In this document: positions 9,487 to 17,557 of the stretch, piece by piece | Layout: each line of letters starts with the position of its first letter | Position numbering within the stretch: the stretch's first letter is position 1 | Assembly (NCBI RefSeq): GCF_001598795.1 | Contig: NZ_BCZP01000006.1 | Span: 270,001-302,000, forward strand | Direction: 5' to 3' | DNA: 32,000 bases | Source of the DNA: Delftia acidovorans NBRC 14950 | GTDB lineage: Bacteria > Pseudomonadota > Gammaproteobacteria > Burkholderiales > Burkholderiaceae_C | Translations under genes and position numbers: made by a program | The notes under the pieces: model-generated | The model's input: only the letters and a program-made list of their open reading frames with translations | What the model was told of the DNA's origin: nothing | Databases searched by the model: none

Positions 9487-9512
9487 GCGGGGCGGCCGTC
9501 AAGCCGCCCCGC
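9487..9512 (-). promoter_or_regulatory. Perfect 10-bp GC stem-loop in the 5' leader of the DUF969-pcp-pxp operon
   Basis: gcggggcggc / gccgccccgc with a 6-nt loop, 27 nt upstream of the ATG. No U-tract follows. A 14-nt stretch (ggtgcggggcggcc) recurs at 14031-14044. Confidence 0.3.
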
Positions 9513-9551
9513 AGGCCCAACCCGGTGGCGTGGAGTGCGCTGCCAACCTGG

Positions 9552-9608
9552 TTTTGTTCAACAAAACAAAGAATTTGTCTTACAGAAACGAATTGTGAAT
9601 AAGACAAT
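9552..9608. promoter_or_regulatory. Two AT-rich palindromes in the divergent promoter region (candidate operators)
   Basis: gttttgtt-c-aacaaaac (9552-9568) and ttgtctta-N17-taagacaa (9576-9608). Both sit in an AT-rich island between divergent genes. Confidence 0.3.
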
Positions 9609-9862
9609 CAGCGCATGCTGATAGTACAAACCCGCATATCGTTGCCCAGGGATTGAGCACGCACGGGTTTTTCAAATGTCAAAAACTATCGAATATTGAA
9701 CATCCATAGAAGGCATGAACACAACAATGCCCCTGCCCCGGTATCGCCTGTGACGAGGCCGCCTCCTACAATGGGCCGCCCTCCCGGCCTGCGGCGCACG
9801 CGTGGCAGTCGGCGTGAATGGCACCTTCCTGCTCCCATCCCTTTTGTCCGAGCTCTGAATCC

Positions 9863-11029
9863 ATGCAACGCCGTCAACTTGTTTCCCTGCTTCCCCGTGC
9901 TGCAGCCATCGCAGCGGTTCCCGCGCTGGCGCCGGCCTTCGTGCGCAATGCCTTCGCCGATGAGGCAGGCCTGTCCGCCAAGACCATCACCATCGGCTGC
10001 TCGGCCGCCATGAGCGGCCCGCTGGCCGGGTTCGGCTCCGACATCAAGCTGGGCACGGAAGCGGCCATGGCGCAGATCAACGCACGGGGCGGCATCCAGG
10101 GCCGCACGCTGCAGCTGCAGATGGTTGACGACGGCTACGTGCCCCAGCGCACGGCCGACAACGTGCGGCAGATGCTCTCCAAGGGCACGGCCTTTGCCCT
10201 GCTGTCCTGCGTGGGCACGCCCAACAACGCCGCCGTCATCCCGCTGATCGAGGAAGCCGGCGTTCCCTATGTGGCGCCCTTCACGGGCGCCTCGTCGCTG
10301 CGCAAGGCATCGCGCAACGTCTTCCATGTGCGCGCCAGCTACACCACCGAGGTCCGCCGCCTGGTCCAGCGCCTTGCGGGCATGGGGCTCAAGGGCATTG
10401 GCATCGTCTACCTGGACAACGCCTACGGCCGCGAAATGCTGGAGGACGCCACGCACGCCCTGGAGGCCGAGAAGATGGCTCCCGCCGTGCAGGCGGCCAT
10501 CGCCACCGATGGCAAGAATCTGGCCGATGTGTTGAACAAAGTGGACGCGGCCCACCCCTCGGCCGTGCTGCTGGCCACGGCTGGCACGGTGTCGGTCGAT
10601 CTGGTGCGCGGCCTGCGCAAGAGCGCGCCCGGCGTGCTGCTCACCGGCCTGAGCGTGACCCTGCCCAACGACAGCCTCAAGCCGCTGGGCGAGGACGCCC
10701 GGGGCATTGCCCTGACCATGGTCGTTCCCGCGCCGCACCAGGCCAAGCTGCAGGTGGTGCGCGACTACCAGGCCGCCATGCGAGCCCACGGGCAGCAGGA
10801 GTTCTCGCTGGGCACGCTGGAAGCCTATGTGAACACACGCGTGCTGGCCGAGGGCCTGGAACGCGCAGGCCGCGACCCCAGCCAGGCCAAGCTGCGCTCG
10901 GCGCTGGCCGGCATCCGCAACTGGGACATGGGCGGCTTCGTCATCGACTACAGCGGCCAGGCGCCCCATGTCGGCTCCAGCTTCATCGACCTGGGCGTGC
11001 TGGGCAATGCGGGGCGCTTCATCGGTTGA
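9863..11029 (+). CDS. Periplasmic solute-binding protein, LivK/branched-chain-amino-acid type (type I PBP); orphan
   Basis: MQRRQLVSLLP...ALAPAF is a Tat-like signal. GCSAAMSGPLAGFG..GTEAAMAQINARGGIQGR is typical of this family. The ATG at 9863 is preferred over 9818. No permease or ATPase gene is adjacent. Confidence 0.85.
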   Translation: MQRRQLVSLLPRAAAIAAVPALAPAFVRNAFADEAGLSAKTITIGCSAAMSGPLAGFGSDIKLGTEAAMAQINARGGIQGRTLQLQMVDDGYVPQRTADNVRQMLSKGTAFALLSCVGTPNNAAVIPLIEEAGVPYVAPFTGASSLRKASRNVFHVRASYTTEVRRLVQRLAGMGLKGIGIVYLDNAYGREMLEDATHALEAEKMAPAVQAAIATDGKNLADVLNKVDAAHPSAVLLATAGTVSVDLVRGLRKSAPGVLLTGLSVTLPNDSLKPLGEDARGIALTMVVPAPHQAKLQVVRDYQAAMRAHGQQEFSLGTLEAYVNTRVLAEGLERAGRDPSQAKLRSALAGIRNWDMGGFVIDYSGQAPHVGSSFIDLGVLGNAGRFIG

Positions 11030-11111
11030 TGAAGGCGGGTGGCTTGCGGGCCAGGCCGCTGGCGGATCGGCCCATCGTTTCTTCCTGTCGCTGCACCAAG
11101 GAGCCTTCGCC

Positions 11112-12149
11112 ATGCCTGCCGAACGTCACCCACTTCCGCACCCCGCCTTGCACCCTGCCTTGCACCCTGCTGCACATCCCGCCTCCCACCGGGGCCTGCA
11201 GCGCCGCCTGCTCATCGTGGCAGCGGCTGCCCTGCCCGGTCTTGCGCTGGCGCAGAAATGGCCTGCACAGCCCGTGCGCATCGTCGTGCCCTACACGGCC
11301 GGAGGCGGCTCGGACAACATCGCCCGCGCGCTGGGCACGGAGCTGTCGCGCGAACTGGGCCAGCCCGTGGTCGTGGACAACAAGCCCGGCGCCTCGGCCA
11401 TGCTGGGCGCCGAGCTGGTGGCACGCGCCGCGCCCGACGGCTACACGCTGCTCCTGGCCGACATGCCGCACACCATCACACCCAGTCTCTACAAGACACC
11501 GTACGACGCGCTCAAGGACTTCACGCCCGTGGCCCTGATCGGCTCCTCGCCGCTGGTGCTGGCCGTCAACCCCAAGCTCAAGGCGCAAAGCGTGAAGGAA
11601 TACATCGCGATGGCCCGGGCCCGGCCCGGCCAGATCAACTTCGCCTCGGGCGGCACGGGCACGGCCACGCATCTGGCAGGCGAGCTTTTCAAGCAGCAGA
11701 CGGACACCTTCATCACCCACATTCCCTACAAGGGCTCGGGCCAGGCCGTCGCCGACGTGGTGGCCGGCCATACCGAGAGCATGTTCTCCTCGGCCCCCAC
11801 CGTGATTCCCCATATCAAAAGCGGCGCGCTGCGCGCCCTGGCCACCACGGGTGCCCAGCGCTCGCCGGCCCTGCCCCAGGTGCCCACGATGGCCGAAAGC
11901 GGCGTGCGCGGCCTCACCGTGCTGCACTGGTTCGGCCTGCTGGCGCCTGCCCGGTTGCCCCCCGGCATACAGACCGCGCTGCACGATGCCGTGGCCCGCG
12001 CCATGGCCACGCCCCCGCTGCAGGCCAAGCTGCAGTCCCTGGGGCTGGAACTAACGCCCCGCACTGCGGCGGAGTTCGGCGCCCAGATGGAGACCGACGC
12101 CGCACGCTGGGCCCGCGTCATCAAGGAACGCAACATCAAGGCGGACTGA
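11112..12149 (+). CDS. Bug-family (TctC-like) tripartite tricarboxylate transporter substrate-binding protein; orphan
   Basis: AAGGAG lies 8 nt upstream of the ATG at 11112. Signal RRLLIVAAAALPGLALA, then PVRIVVPYTAGGGSDNIAR and FASGGTGTATHLAGE. No tctA or tctB is adjacent. Confidence 0.9.
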   Translation: MPAERHPLPHPALHPALHPAAHPASHRGLQRRLLIVAAAALPGLALAQKWPAQPVRIVVPYTAGGGSDNIARALGTELSRELGQPVVVDNKPGASAMLGAELVARAAPDGYTLLLADMPHTITPSLYKTPYDALKDFTPVALIGSSPLVLAVNPKLKAQSVKEYIAMARARPGQINFASGGTGTATHLAGELFKQQTDTFITHIPYKGSGQAVADVVAGHTESMFSSAPTVIPHIKSGALRALATTGAQRSPALPQVPTMAESGVRGLTVLHWFGLLAPARLPPGIQTALHDAVARAMATPPLQAKLQSLGLELTPRTAAEFGAQMETDAARWARVIKERNIKAD

Positions 12150-13205
12150 ATGCCCTCCCTGCACCATCACCACGACGCCGTGGACCTGCGCAGCGACACC
12201 GTCACACGCCCCACGCCGCAGATGCTTGAAGCCATGGCCTGCGCCCCGCTGGGCGACGACGGCCTGGACGGCGACCCGACGGTGCGTGCGCTGGAAGAGA
12301 CGGCGGCCCAGCGCTTTGGCAAGGCCGCAGGCCTGTTCGTGGCCAGCGGCACCATGGGCAACCTCGTGGCCGTGCTCGCCCATGGCCGCATGCCCGGCGA
12401 GGTGCTGGCCGAGGCCGGCAGCCATCTGCTGAACGCCGAGCGCGCAGCCGCGGGCCTGACCGGCATGCACTACCGCAGCCTGCCCGGCGACGGTGGCCTG
12501 ATCGCCCTGCCCGCGCTGGAGGCGGCGCTGGACACCTCGGCATCCGCGCGCTGCCCCAGCGCCCTCGTGGCCGTGGAGAACACCCACAACGCACGGGGCG
12601 GCAGCGTGGCGGCGCCCGAATCGCTGGCGGCCCTGCATGCCCTGGCCGCCCGCCATGGCGTGCCCGTGCACACCGATGGCGCACGCCTGTTCAATGCCGC
12701 CGTGGCACTGGGCCTGTCCTGCCGCGAGATCGCCGCGCACACGGACTCGGTCACCGTCTGCCTGTCCAAGGGCTTGTCGGCTCCGGTGGGCTCGGTGCTC
12801 ATGGGCCCGGCCGACTTCATCACGCGGGCGCGCGGCATACGGCGCATGCTGGGCGGCACCATGCGCCAGGCCGGCGTGATCGCGGCGGCGGGCCTGGTGG
12901 CGCTGGAGCACATGGTCGATCGCCTGGCCGAGGACCACGCACGCGCCCGCCGCCTGCACCAGGGCCTGCGCGCCATCCACCCGGCATGGTGCGCGGCCGA
13001 ACTGCCGCAGACCAACATCGTGCAGGTGCGCGTGGGCACCAGCGCGGCCGATGCGCGCCTTTGGGAGGCACGCCTGGCCGAAGCCGGCGTGCTGGTGCGC
13101 ACGGGCAGCGCAGGCCTGCTGCGCCTGGTCACGCACCGCCACATTGACGACAAGGCCGTGGACAGCACCCTGCAGGCCTTCACGCGACTGCACCACGACA
13201 ACTGA
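12150..13205 (+). CDS. ltaE: Low-specificity L-threonine aldolase (PLP-dependent)
   Basis: DLRSDTVTRPT, GDDGLDGDPTV, SGTMGNL and the PLP-lysine context CLSKGLSAPVGS. The start abuts the upstream stop (TGAATG). Confidence 0.85.
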   Translation: MPSLHHHHDAVDLRSDTVTRPTPQMLEAMACAPLGDDGLDGDPTVRALEETAAQRFGKAAGLFVASGTMGNLVAVLAHGRMPGEVLAEAGSHLLNAERAAAGLTGMHYRSLPGDGGLIALPALEAALDTSASARCPSALVAVENTHNARGGSVAAPESLAALHALAARHGVPVHTDGARLFNAAVALGLSCREIAAHTDSVTVCLSKGLSAPVGSVLMGPADFITRARGIRRMLGGTMRQAGVIAAAGLVALEHMVDRLAEDHARARRLHQGLRAIHPAWCAAELPQTNIVQVRVGTSAADARLWEARLAEAGVLVRTGSAGLLRLVTHRHIDDKAVDSTLQAFTRLHHDN

Positions 13206-13276
13206 GCACCGCGCGAGGCCGGAAGGAGTGCCGGCCCTGGCTACACTGCCCATCGACCCTTGCATCCCCCATCACC

Positions 13277-13951
13277 ATGACCCGCAGCACCGATATCCTC
13301 AACCTGACCGACCGCGTGACCGAGCAGCTGCGCAGCAAGCTCATCGATGGTGCCTGGGAGCCCGGGCAAAAGCTGTCGGAGGCCTCACTCAGCGAAAGCC
13401 TGCAGATCTCGCGCAACACGCTGCGCGAGGCCTTCCGGCTGCTGACCAAGGAGGGGCTGCTGGTGCACGAGCCCAACAAGGGCGTGTCGGTGGCGGCGCC
13501 CAGCATCGCCTCCATCATCGACATCTACCGCGTGCGCCGCATGGTGGAGTGCCAGGCGCTGGCCCAGGCCTATCCCATGCACCCGGCGCGCAGCCTGATG
13601 CGCGAAGCCGTGGAGGCAGCGCAGCGCCACCGCGAGGCCCAGGACTGGTCGGGCGTGGGCACGGCCAACATGAGTTTCCACAAGGCCGTGGTGCAGCTGG
13701 CCGACAGCGAGCGCCTGGACACCATGTTCGAGCATCTGCTGGCCGAGCTGCGGCTGGCCTTCGGCCTGCTGCGCGACCCGCACTTCCTGCATGCCCCCTA
13801 TGTGGACATGAATGCGCGCATCCTGCAGCAATTCGAGGACGGCAAGCCGGCCGAGGCCGCTGCCGCGCTCAATGACTACCTGGTGCATTCGGAGCGGCTG
13901 ATCCTCGCCGCCTACGCCCGCCGCCTGGCTGAGAAGGGCATCAAGGTGTGA
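13277..13951 (+). CDS. GntR-family transcriptional regulator (FadR/FCD subfamily)
   Basis: N-terminal winged helix-turn-helix (LSEASLSESLQISRNTLREAFRLLTKEGLL) and a helical C-terminal FCD-like domain. Length 224 aa. Confidence 0.9.
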   Translation: MTRSTDILNLTDRVTEQLRSKLIDGAWEPGQKLSEASLSESLQISRNTLREAFRLLTKEGLLVHEPNKGVSVAAPSIASIIDIYRVRRMVECQALAQAYPMHPARSLMREAVEAAQRHREAQDWSGVGTANMSFHKAVVQLADSERLDTMFEHLLAELRLAFGLLRDPHFLHAPYVDMNARILQQFEDGKPAEAAAALNDYLVHSERLILAAYARRLAEKGIKV

Positions 13952-13970
13952 AAACAATAGACACCCCCTG

Positions 13971-14020
13971 AGGCGCTTACGCGCCTTCCCCCTCTCTACT
14001 CGCTTCGCGAGGGAGGGGGA
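13971..14020. repeat. Stem-loop cluster between convergent genes (REP-like; possible bidirectional terminator)
   Basis: aggcgc-ttac-gcgcct (13971-13986), then tccccctc/gaggggga (13987-14020) enclosing ctcgc-ttc-gcgag. No U-tract. Confidence 0.4.
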
Positions 14021-14117
14021 CGACACCCTCGGTGCGGGGCGGCCCTACCTCGGTGTCCCTGGCTTTGGGCAGCGCCGATTTCATAGGCAGTGTTCAGCGC
14101 ACAGCACTGGCTCGCAT

Positions 14118-14561
14118 TCAACGCCGTGCGTCCAGGCTCCAGCGCGCCACGGGCGCCAGCATCAGTTGCACGAATCCCCCGGCGATCGCCAGGTTCTTCA
14201 GGAACTGCACCAGCTGGCCCTTGTCGCCGAACTGGTTGTGGAACATCAGCGCCGACATGACGCTGAACACGGCCATCACGGCCGCGGCCTCGCGGGTGCG
14301 CCAGCCCAGCAGCAGGGCCGTGGCCACGCCCAGCTCCACCACCAGCGCCATGGCATACGACAGCATGGGCAGCGGCAGGCCCGCCTTGGCGATATAGGCC
14401 ATGGTGCCCTCCGGCCCCATCAGCTTGCCGATGCCGCTGTAGATGAACAGCAGGCTCAGCAGCACCCGGGCCAGCAGCGGTGCGAAGTCGGCCCAGGGCG
14501 ATGCTGCGGCGTGGGCAGCGCGATGCGTGGCGGCGCGCGTCATCGCATCAGCCCGGGACAC
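14118..14561 (-). CDS. DoxX-family membrane protein
   Basis: LLSLLFIYSGIGKL...VELGVATALLLGWRTR...FHNQF is typical of DoxX. An alternative start at 14543 would remove the 14-nt overlap with the upstream gene. Confidence 0.85.
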   Translation of the reverse strand: MSRADAMTRAATHRAAHAAASPWADFAPLLARVLLSLLFIYSGIGKLMGPEGTMAYIAKAGLPLPMLSYAMALVVELGVATALLLGWRTREAAAVMAVFSVMSALMFHNQFGDKGQLVQFLKNLAIAGGFVQLMLAPVARWSLDARR

Positions 14562-14907
14562 GGCCGGAACCCTGGCCTTCTGCCGCCTTCACCGAGCCGC
14601 CCAGGCGCTGCACTTCGGCCAGGTACTCGGGGCCGCTGCGCATGCGCTGGTACTGGGCCAGGCGCTGCTGGTAGTCGGCATCCCAGTGGTTCACGTCGGA
14701 CTCGCGGTAGACGTTGAGGCCGGCGCGGTTCCACAGGGCCAGGTCGGCCTGCACTTCGGCGCGCGACAGCGCGGGGCCGGAGGCGACGGGCTCGGCGCCG
14801 AACCAGGTTTCTGCAGATACCGTGGCGGCCGGTGCAGCCGAGGCCATGCCCGACCACAAGGCGGAGGAAAGGGAAACGATGGCGAAGAGGGTCTTTGCGT
14901 GCTTCAT
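14548..14907 (-). CDS. Small secreted protein, DUF4148-like
   Basis: Signal peptide MKHAKTLFAIVSLSSALWSGMASA. The SRAEVQADLALWNRAGL motif resembles DUF4148. AAGGA lies 7 nt upstream of the ATG. Confidence 0.65.
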   Translation of the reverse strand: MKHAKTLFAIVSLSSALWSGMASAAPAATVSAETWFGAEPVASGPALSRAEVQADLALWNRAGLNVYRESDVNHWDADYQQRLAQYQRMRSGPEYLAEVQRLGGSVKAAEGQGSGRVPG

Positions 14908-15030
14908 GGCGAATCCTTTGTCAAATCCTGCAGCGCGTGATTGCGTTCTGCATGGCTGCAGTCTCGTCTTCGCCCGCCTGCACGTCAGTGCCTAAACGCA
15001 CAGCTTTGCGCAAACTCTCCGGTTCCCGCG

Positions 15031-15081
15031 CTCACTGTCCACGCTCACTGTCCACGCTCACCATCCACGCTCACGGCCACT
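15031..15081. repeat. 13-nt tandem repeat, about 4 copies
   Basis: ctcactgtccacg, ctcactgtccacg, ctcaccatccacg, ctcacggccac(t). The last unit contains the cyclase stop codon (15071-15073). Confidence 0.8.
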
Positions 15082-16723
15082 GCAGGCCGGGTCGCGCCAC
15101 ATGCAGGGCCTGCAAGGGCTCGGAGCGCCCGCGCACCTGCACCTGCCGGACTTCGCCCAGGCCATCGGCCACGCCCGCGCGGCGCGCCACCTCCAGCGAC
15201 AGCACCAGCCGGGCCTGGGCGCTCTTGGTGTATTCCTGCAGGCGGCTGGCCGTGTTGACCACCTCGCCCACGGCCGTGAAGGTGGTGGTGTGCTCGAAGC
15301 CCACGCGCCCCACGGCGGCGCGCCCCGCATGCAGGCCCATGCCGAAATCCACCGGCTGGCCGAACTGCGCCTCAAAGGTGTGGCTCCATTCCTGCATGCG
15401 CCGGTCGATGAGGGCGCTGGCCTGCACGGCCTGGCAGCAGGCCGTGTCCAGGTCGGTGTCCAGGCCGAAGATGGCCATCACGCTGTCGCCGATGAACTGG
15501 TTGGCCATGCCGCCGCTGTCGTGCACGGCCTGGCCCACGCGCTCGAAATACTGGTCCAGCACCCAGGACAGGTCCACGGGCCATTGCCGCTCGGCCAGGC
15601 CCGACCAGCGGCGCAGGTCCACGAACAGGATGGCCACCGCGCGCACTTCGCGGACCTCGCGCTGCTCGTCACCTCGCCCGGCCTGGGCGGCTGCCGGCGA
15701 GCGGAACAGCGGCGCCACCTGCACATCGCCCGTGGGCCGCAGCTGGCAGGCCAGCCGCACGTCCTGCGGCGCGCCCACGCGCTCCAGCGTGAGGCGCTCG
15801 TCCCGCCCCGGCGCAGGCAGGTGGGCCGCCGGGCCGGACACGCGCACCCGGCAGGTGGAGCAACGCGCCCTGCCGCCGCACAGCGACAAATGGGCAATGC
15901 CATGCTCGCGGCTGGCTTCGAGCACGCTCATGCCCTGGGCCACCTGCACGGTGCGGCCCGGATAGTGCAGCAGCACCTGGCGGGCGCCGCGCAGGCGCAT
16001 GCGCCGCCACAGCCAGGGGCCGGCCAGCAGCGCGGCCAGGCAGGCCAGCCAGCCCTGGCGCAGCCCGGCCGTCAGCGCGCGCAGCCACTGCGATGCCTCG
16101 GGCGAGGGGCCGGCCGGCACTGGCAGGCCGGCCGCCGCGATCTCGCGCGCCATGGAGACGATGCCCAGCGCCGCCAGCACGGGCAGCAGCACGGCGGCCG
16201 TGAGCAGCAGCGGCTGCCAGCGCCCCCACCAGCCGCGCGCACGCAGGGCCATGTGCAGGCCCATGCAGCCATGGGTCCAGGCGGCCGTCATCAGCAGCAG
16301 CTGGATGGACATGCTGGACGGATTCCAGGAAGAACGCACGATGCGCGCATACGAGGGGTCCACGCCCCAGGCCTCCTGCGCCAGCCGCGTGGCCGGCACG
16401 TGCAGGGCCAGCAGCAGCGGCAGGCCCAGTCCCAGCAGCAGCCGCACGGCCTCCAGCGCCGGCATGCGCAGGCTGCGCCGCCGCGCGAGCGCCTGCAGCG
16501 CCAGCCCCATGTGCACGGCCAGCGCGCCGTAGAGCAGCAGGCTGCCGGGCAGGGATCGCCACACGCCGTGGACCAGCTCGCGCACGGCCTCGGCCGTGCC
16601 CAGCGAGACCAGGCCCAGGGCGTGATTGAACAGGTGCAGCGCCGCATAGGTCCACAGCACCAGGCCGGTGGACCAGTGGAGGCTGCGCAGGGACGGCAGA
16701 GCCGGATGAGGGACACGGGCCAT
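15071..16723 (-). CDS. Membrane-anchored [2Fe-2S] ferredoxin-domain class III adenylate/guanylate cyclase
   Basis: The start is set at MARVPHP (ATG 16723). About six His-rich TM helices come first. A ferredoxin-like domain follows (SLCGGRARCSTC...LACQ). The cyclase domain has ILFVDLRR, FIGDSVMAIFG and VGEVVNTASRLQ. The upstream 289 aa of the tracker's 839-aa ORF overlaps the crp gene and is rejected. Confidence 0.85.
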   Translation of the reverse strand: MARVPHPALPSLRSLHWSTGLVLWTYAALHLFNHALGLVSLGTAEAVRELVHGVWRSLPGSLLLYGALAVHMGLALQALARRRSLRMPALEAVRLLLGLGLPLLLALHVPATRLAQEAWGVDPSYARIVRSSWNPSSMSIQLLLMTAAWTHGCMGLHMALRARGWWGRWQPLLLTAAVLLPVLAALGIVSMAREIAAAGLPVPAGPSPEASQWLRALTAGLRQGWLACLAALLAGPWLWRRMRLRGARQVLLHYPGRTVQVAQGMSVLEASREHGIAHLSLCGGRARCSTCRVRVSGPAAHLPAPGRDERLTLERVGAPQDVRLACQLRPTGDVQVAPLFRSPAAAQAGRGDEQREVREVRAVAILFVDLRRWSGLAERQWPVDLSWVLDQYFERVGQAVHDSGGMANQFIGDSVMAIFGLDTDLDTACCQAVQASALIDRRMQEWSHTFEAQFGQPVDFGMGLHAGRAAVGRVGFEHTTTFTAVGEVVNTASRLQEYTKSAQARLVLSLEVARRAGVADGLGEVRQVQVRGRSEPLQALHVARPGLQWP

Positions 16724-16849
16724 GGAAAGCGATGATGCGCCCGACGGCGGAAGAAGACAGGAGAAGACCGGAAGAACGGCAGCTTGAAGGAACTTAGGCC
16801 GGGCCTGGCCGATCCAGAATCTTTGTACCTTACGCCCGCTATTGGTTCC

Positions 16850-17557
16850 ATGGCCCACCCCACCCAGCCCTCCAGTTTCGCCCTGCGCGGCATCGCCCTG
16901 TTCGAGGGCCTGGGCAGCGCCAGCCTGGACCGCATCGCCGCCGACTGCGAATGGCGCCCGCTGCAGGCCCGCCAGCCCGTGTTCAGCCGCTGCTCCACGG
17001 GCAGCGACGTGTTCTTCCTGGTCAGCGGGCGCGTGCGCATCACCACCTATTCGCCGGGCGGGCGCGAGGTCAGCTTCCGCGACTACGGGCCCGGCGAGCA
17101 CTTCGGCGACCTGGCGGCCATTGACGGCCAGGCCCGCTCCACCGACGTGGTCACCCTGGAATCCTCGCTGCTGGCCAGCCTCTCGCGCCAGGACTTCCTG
17201 GCCCTGCTGGCGCGCGAGCCCGCCGTTGCCCTGCGCATGATGGAAGGCCTGGCCGGCCTGGTGCGGCGGCTGACCGACCGCGTCATGGAGCTGAGCACCC
17301 TGGGCGTGCCCACGCGCCTGCACATGGAGCTGCTGCGCCTGGCCCGGGAGGCGGGCATCTCGCCCGAGCACACGGCCCTCATCAGCCCCGTGCCTTCGCA
17401 CTCGGTGCTGGCCAGCAAGATCAGCACCAACCGCGAGCAGGTCACGCGCGAGCTGGGCGCCCTCACCCGGCGCGGCCTGCTGCGCAAGGAGGGACGCCAG
17501 GCGCTGCTGGTGACCGATGTGCGCGCGCTGCAGGCGCTGATAGCGCAGGAAAGCTAG
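16850..17557 (+). CDS. CRP/FNR-family cyclic-nucleotide-binding transcriptional regulator
   Basis: cNMP-binding beta-barrel (FFLVSGRVRI..GREVSFRDYGPGEHFGDLAAIDG) and a C-terminal helix-turn-helix (HSVLASKISTNREQVTRELGAL). The ATG at 16850 is preferred over the TTG at 16784. Confidence 0.9.
   Translation: MAHPTQPSSFALRGIALFEGLGSASLDRIAADCEWRPLQARQPVFSRCSTGSDVFFLVSGRVRITTYSPGGREVSFRDYGPGEHFGDLAAIDGQARSTDVVTLESSLLASLSRQDFLALLAREPAVALRMMEGLAGLVRRLTDRVMELSTLGVPTRLHMELLRLAREAGISPEHTALISPVPSHSVLASKISTNREQVTRELGALTRRGLLRKEGRQALLVTDVRALQALIAQES

Noticed and set aside
15031-15081. Considered whether the 13-nt tandem repeats, or the repeat elements at 1683-2850, form a CRISPR array.
   Set aside because: The 13-nt units are directly adjacent with no spacers and are far too short. 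The larger elements are in inverted orientation, are dissimilar in the middle, and have no cas genes nearby.
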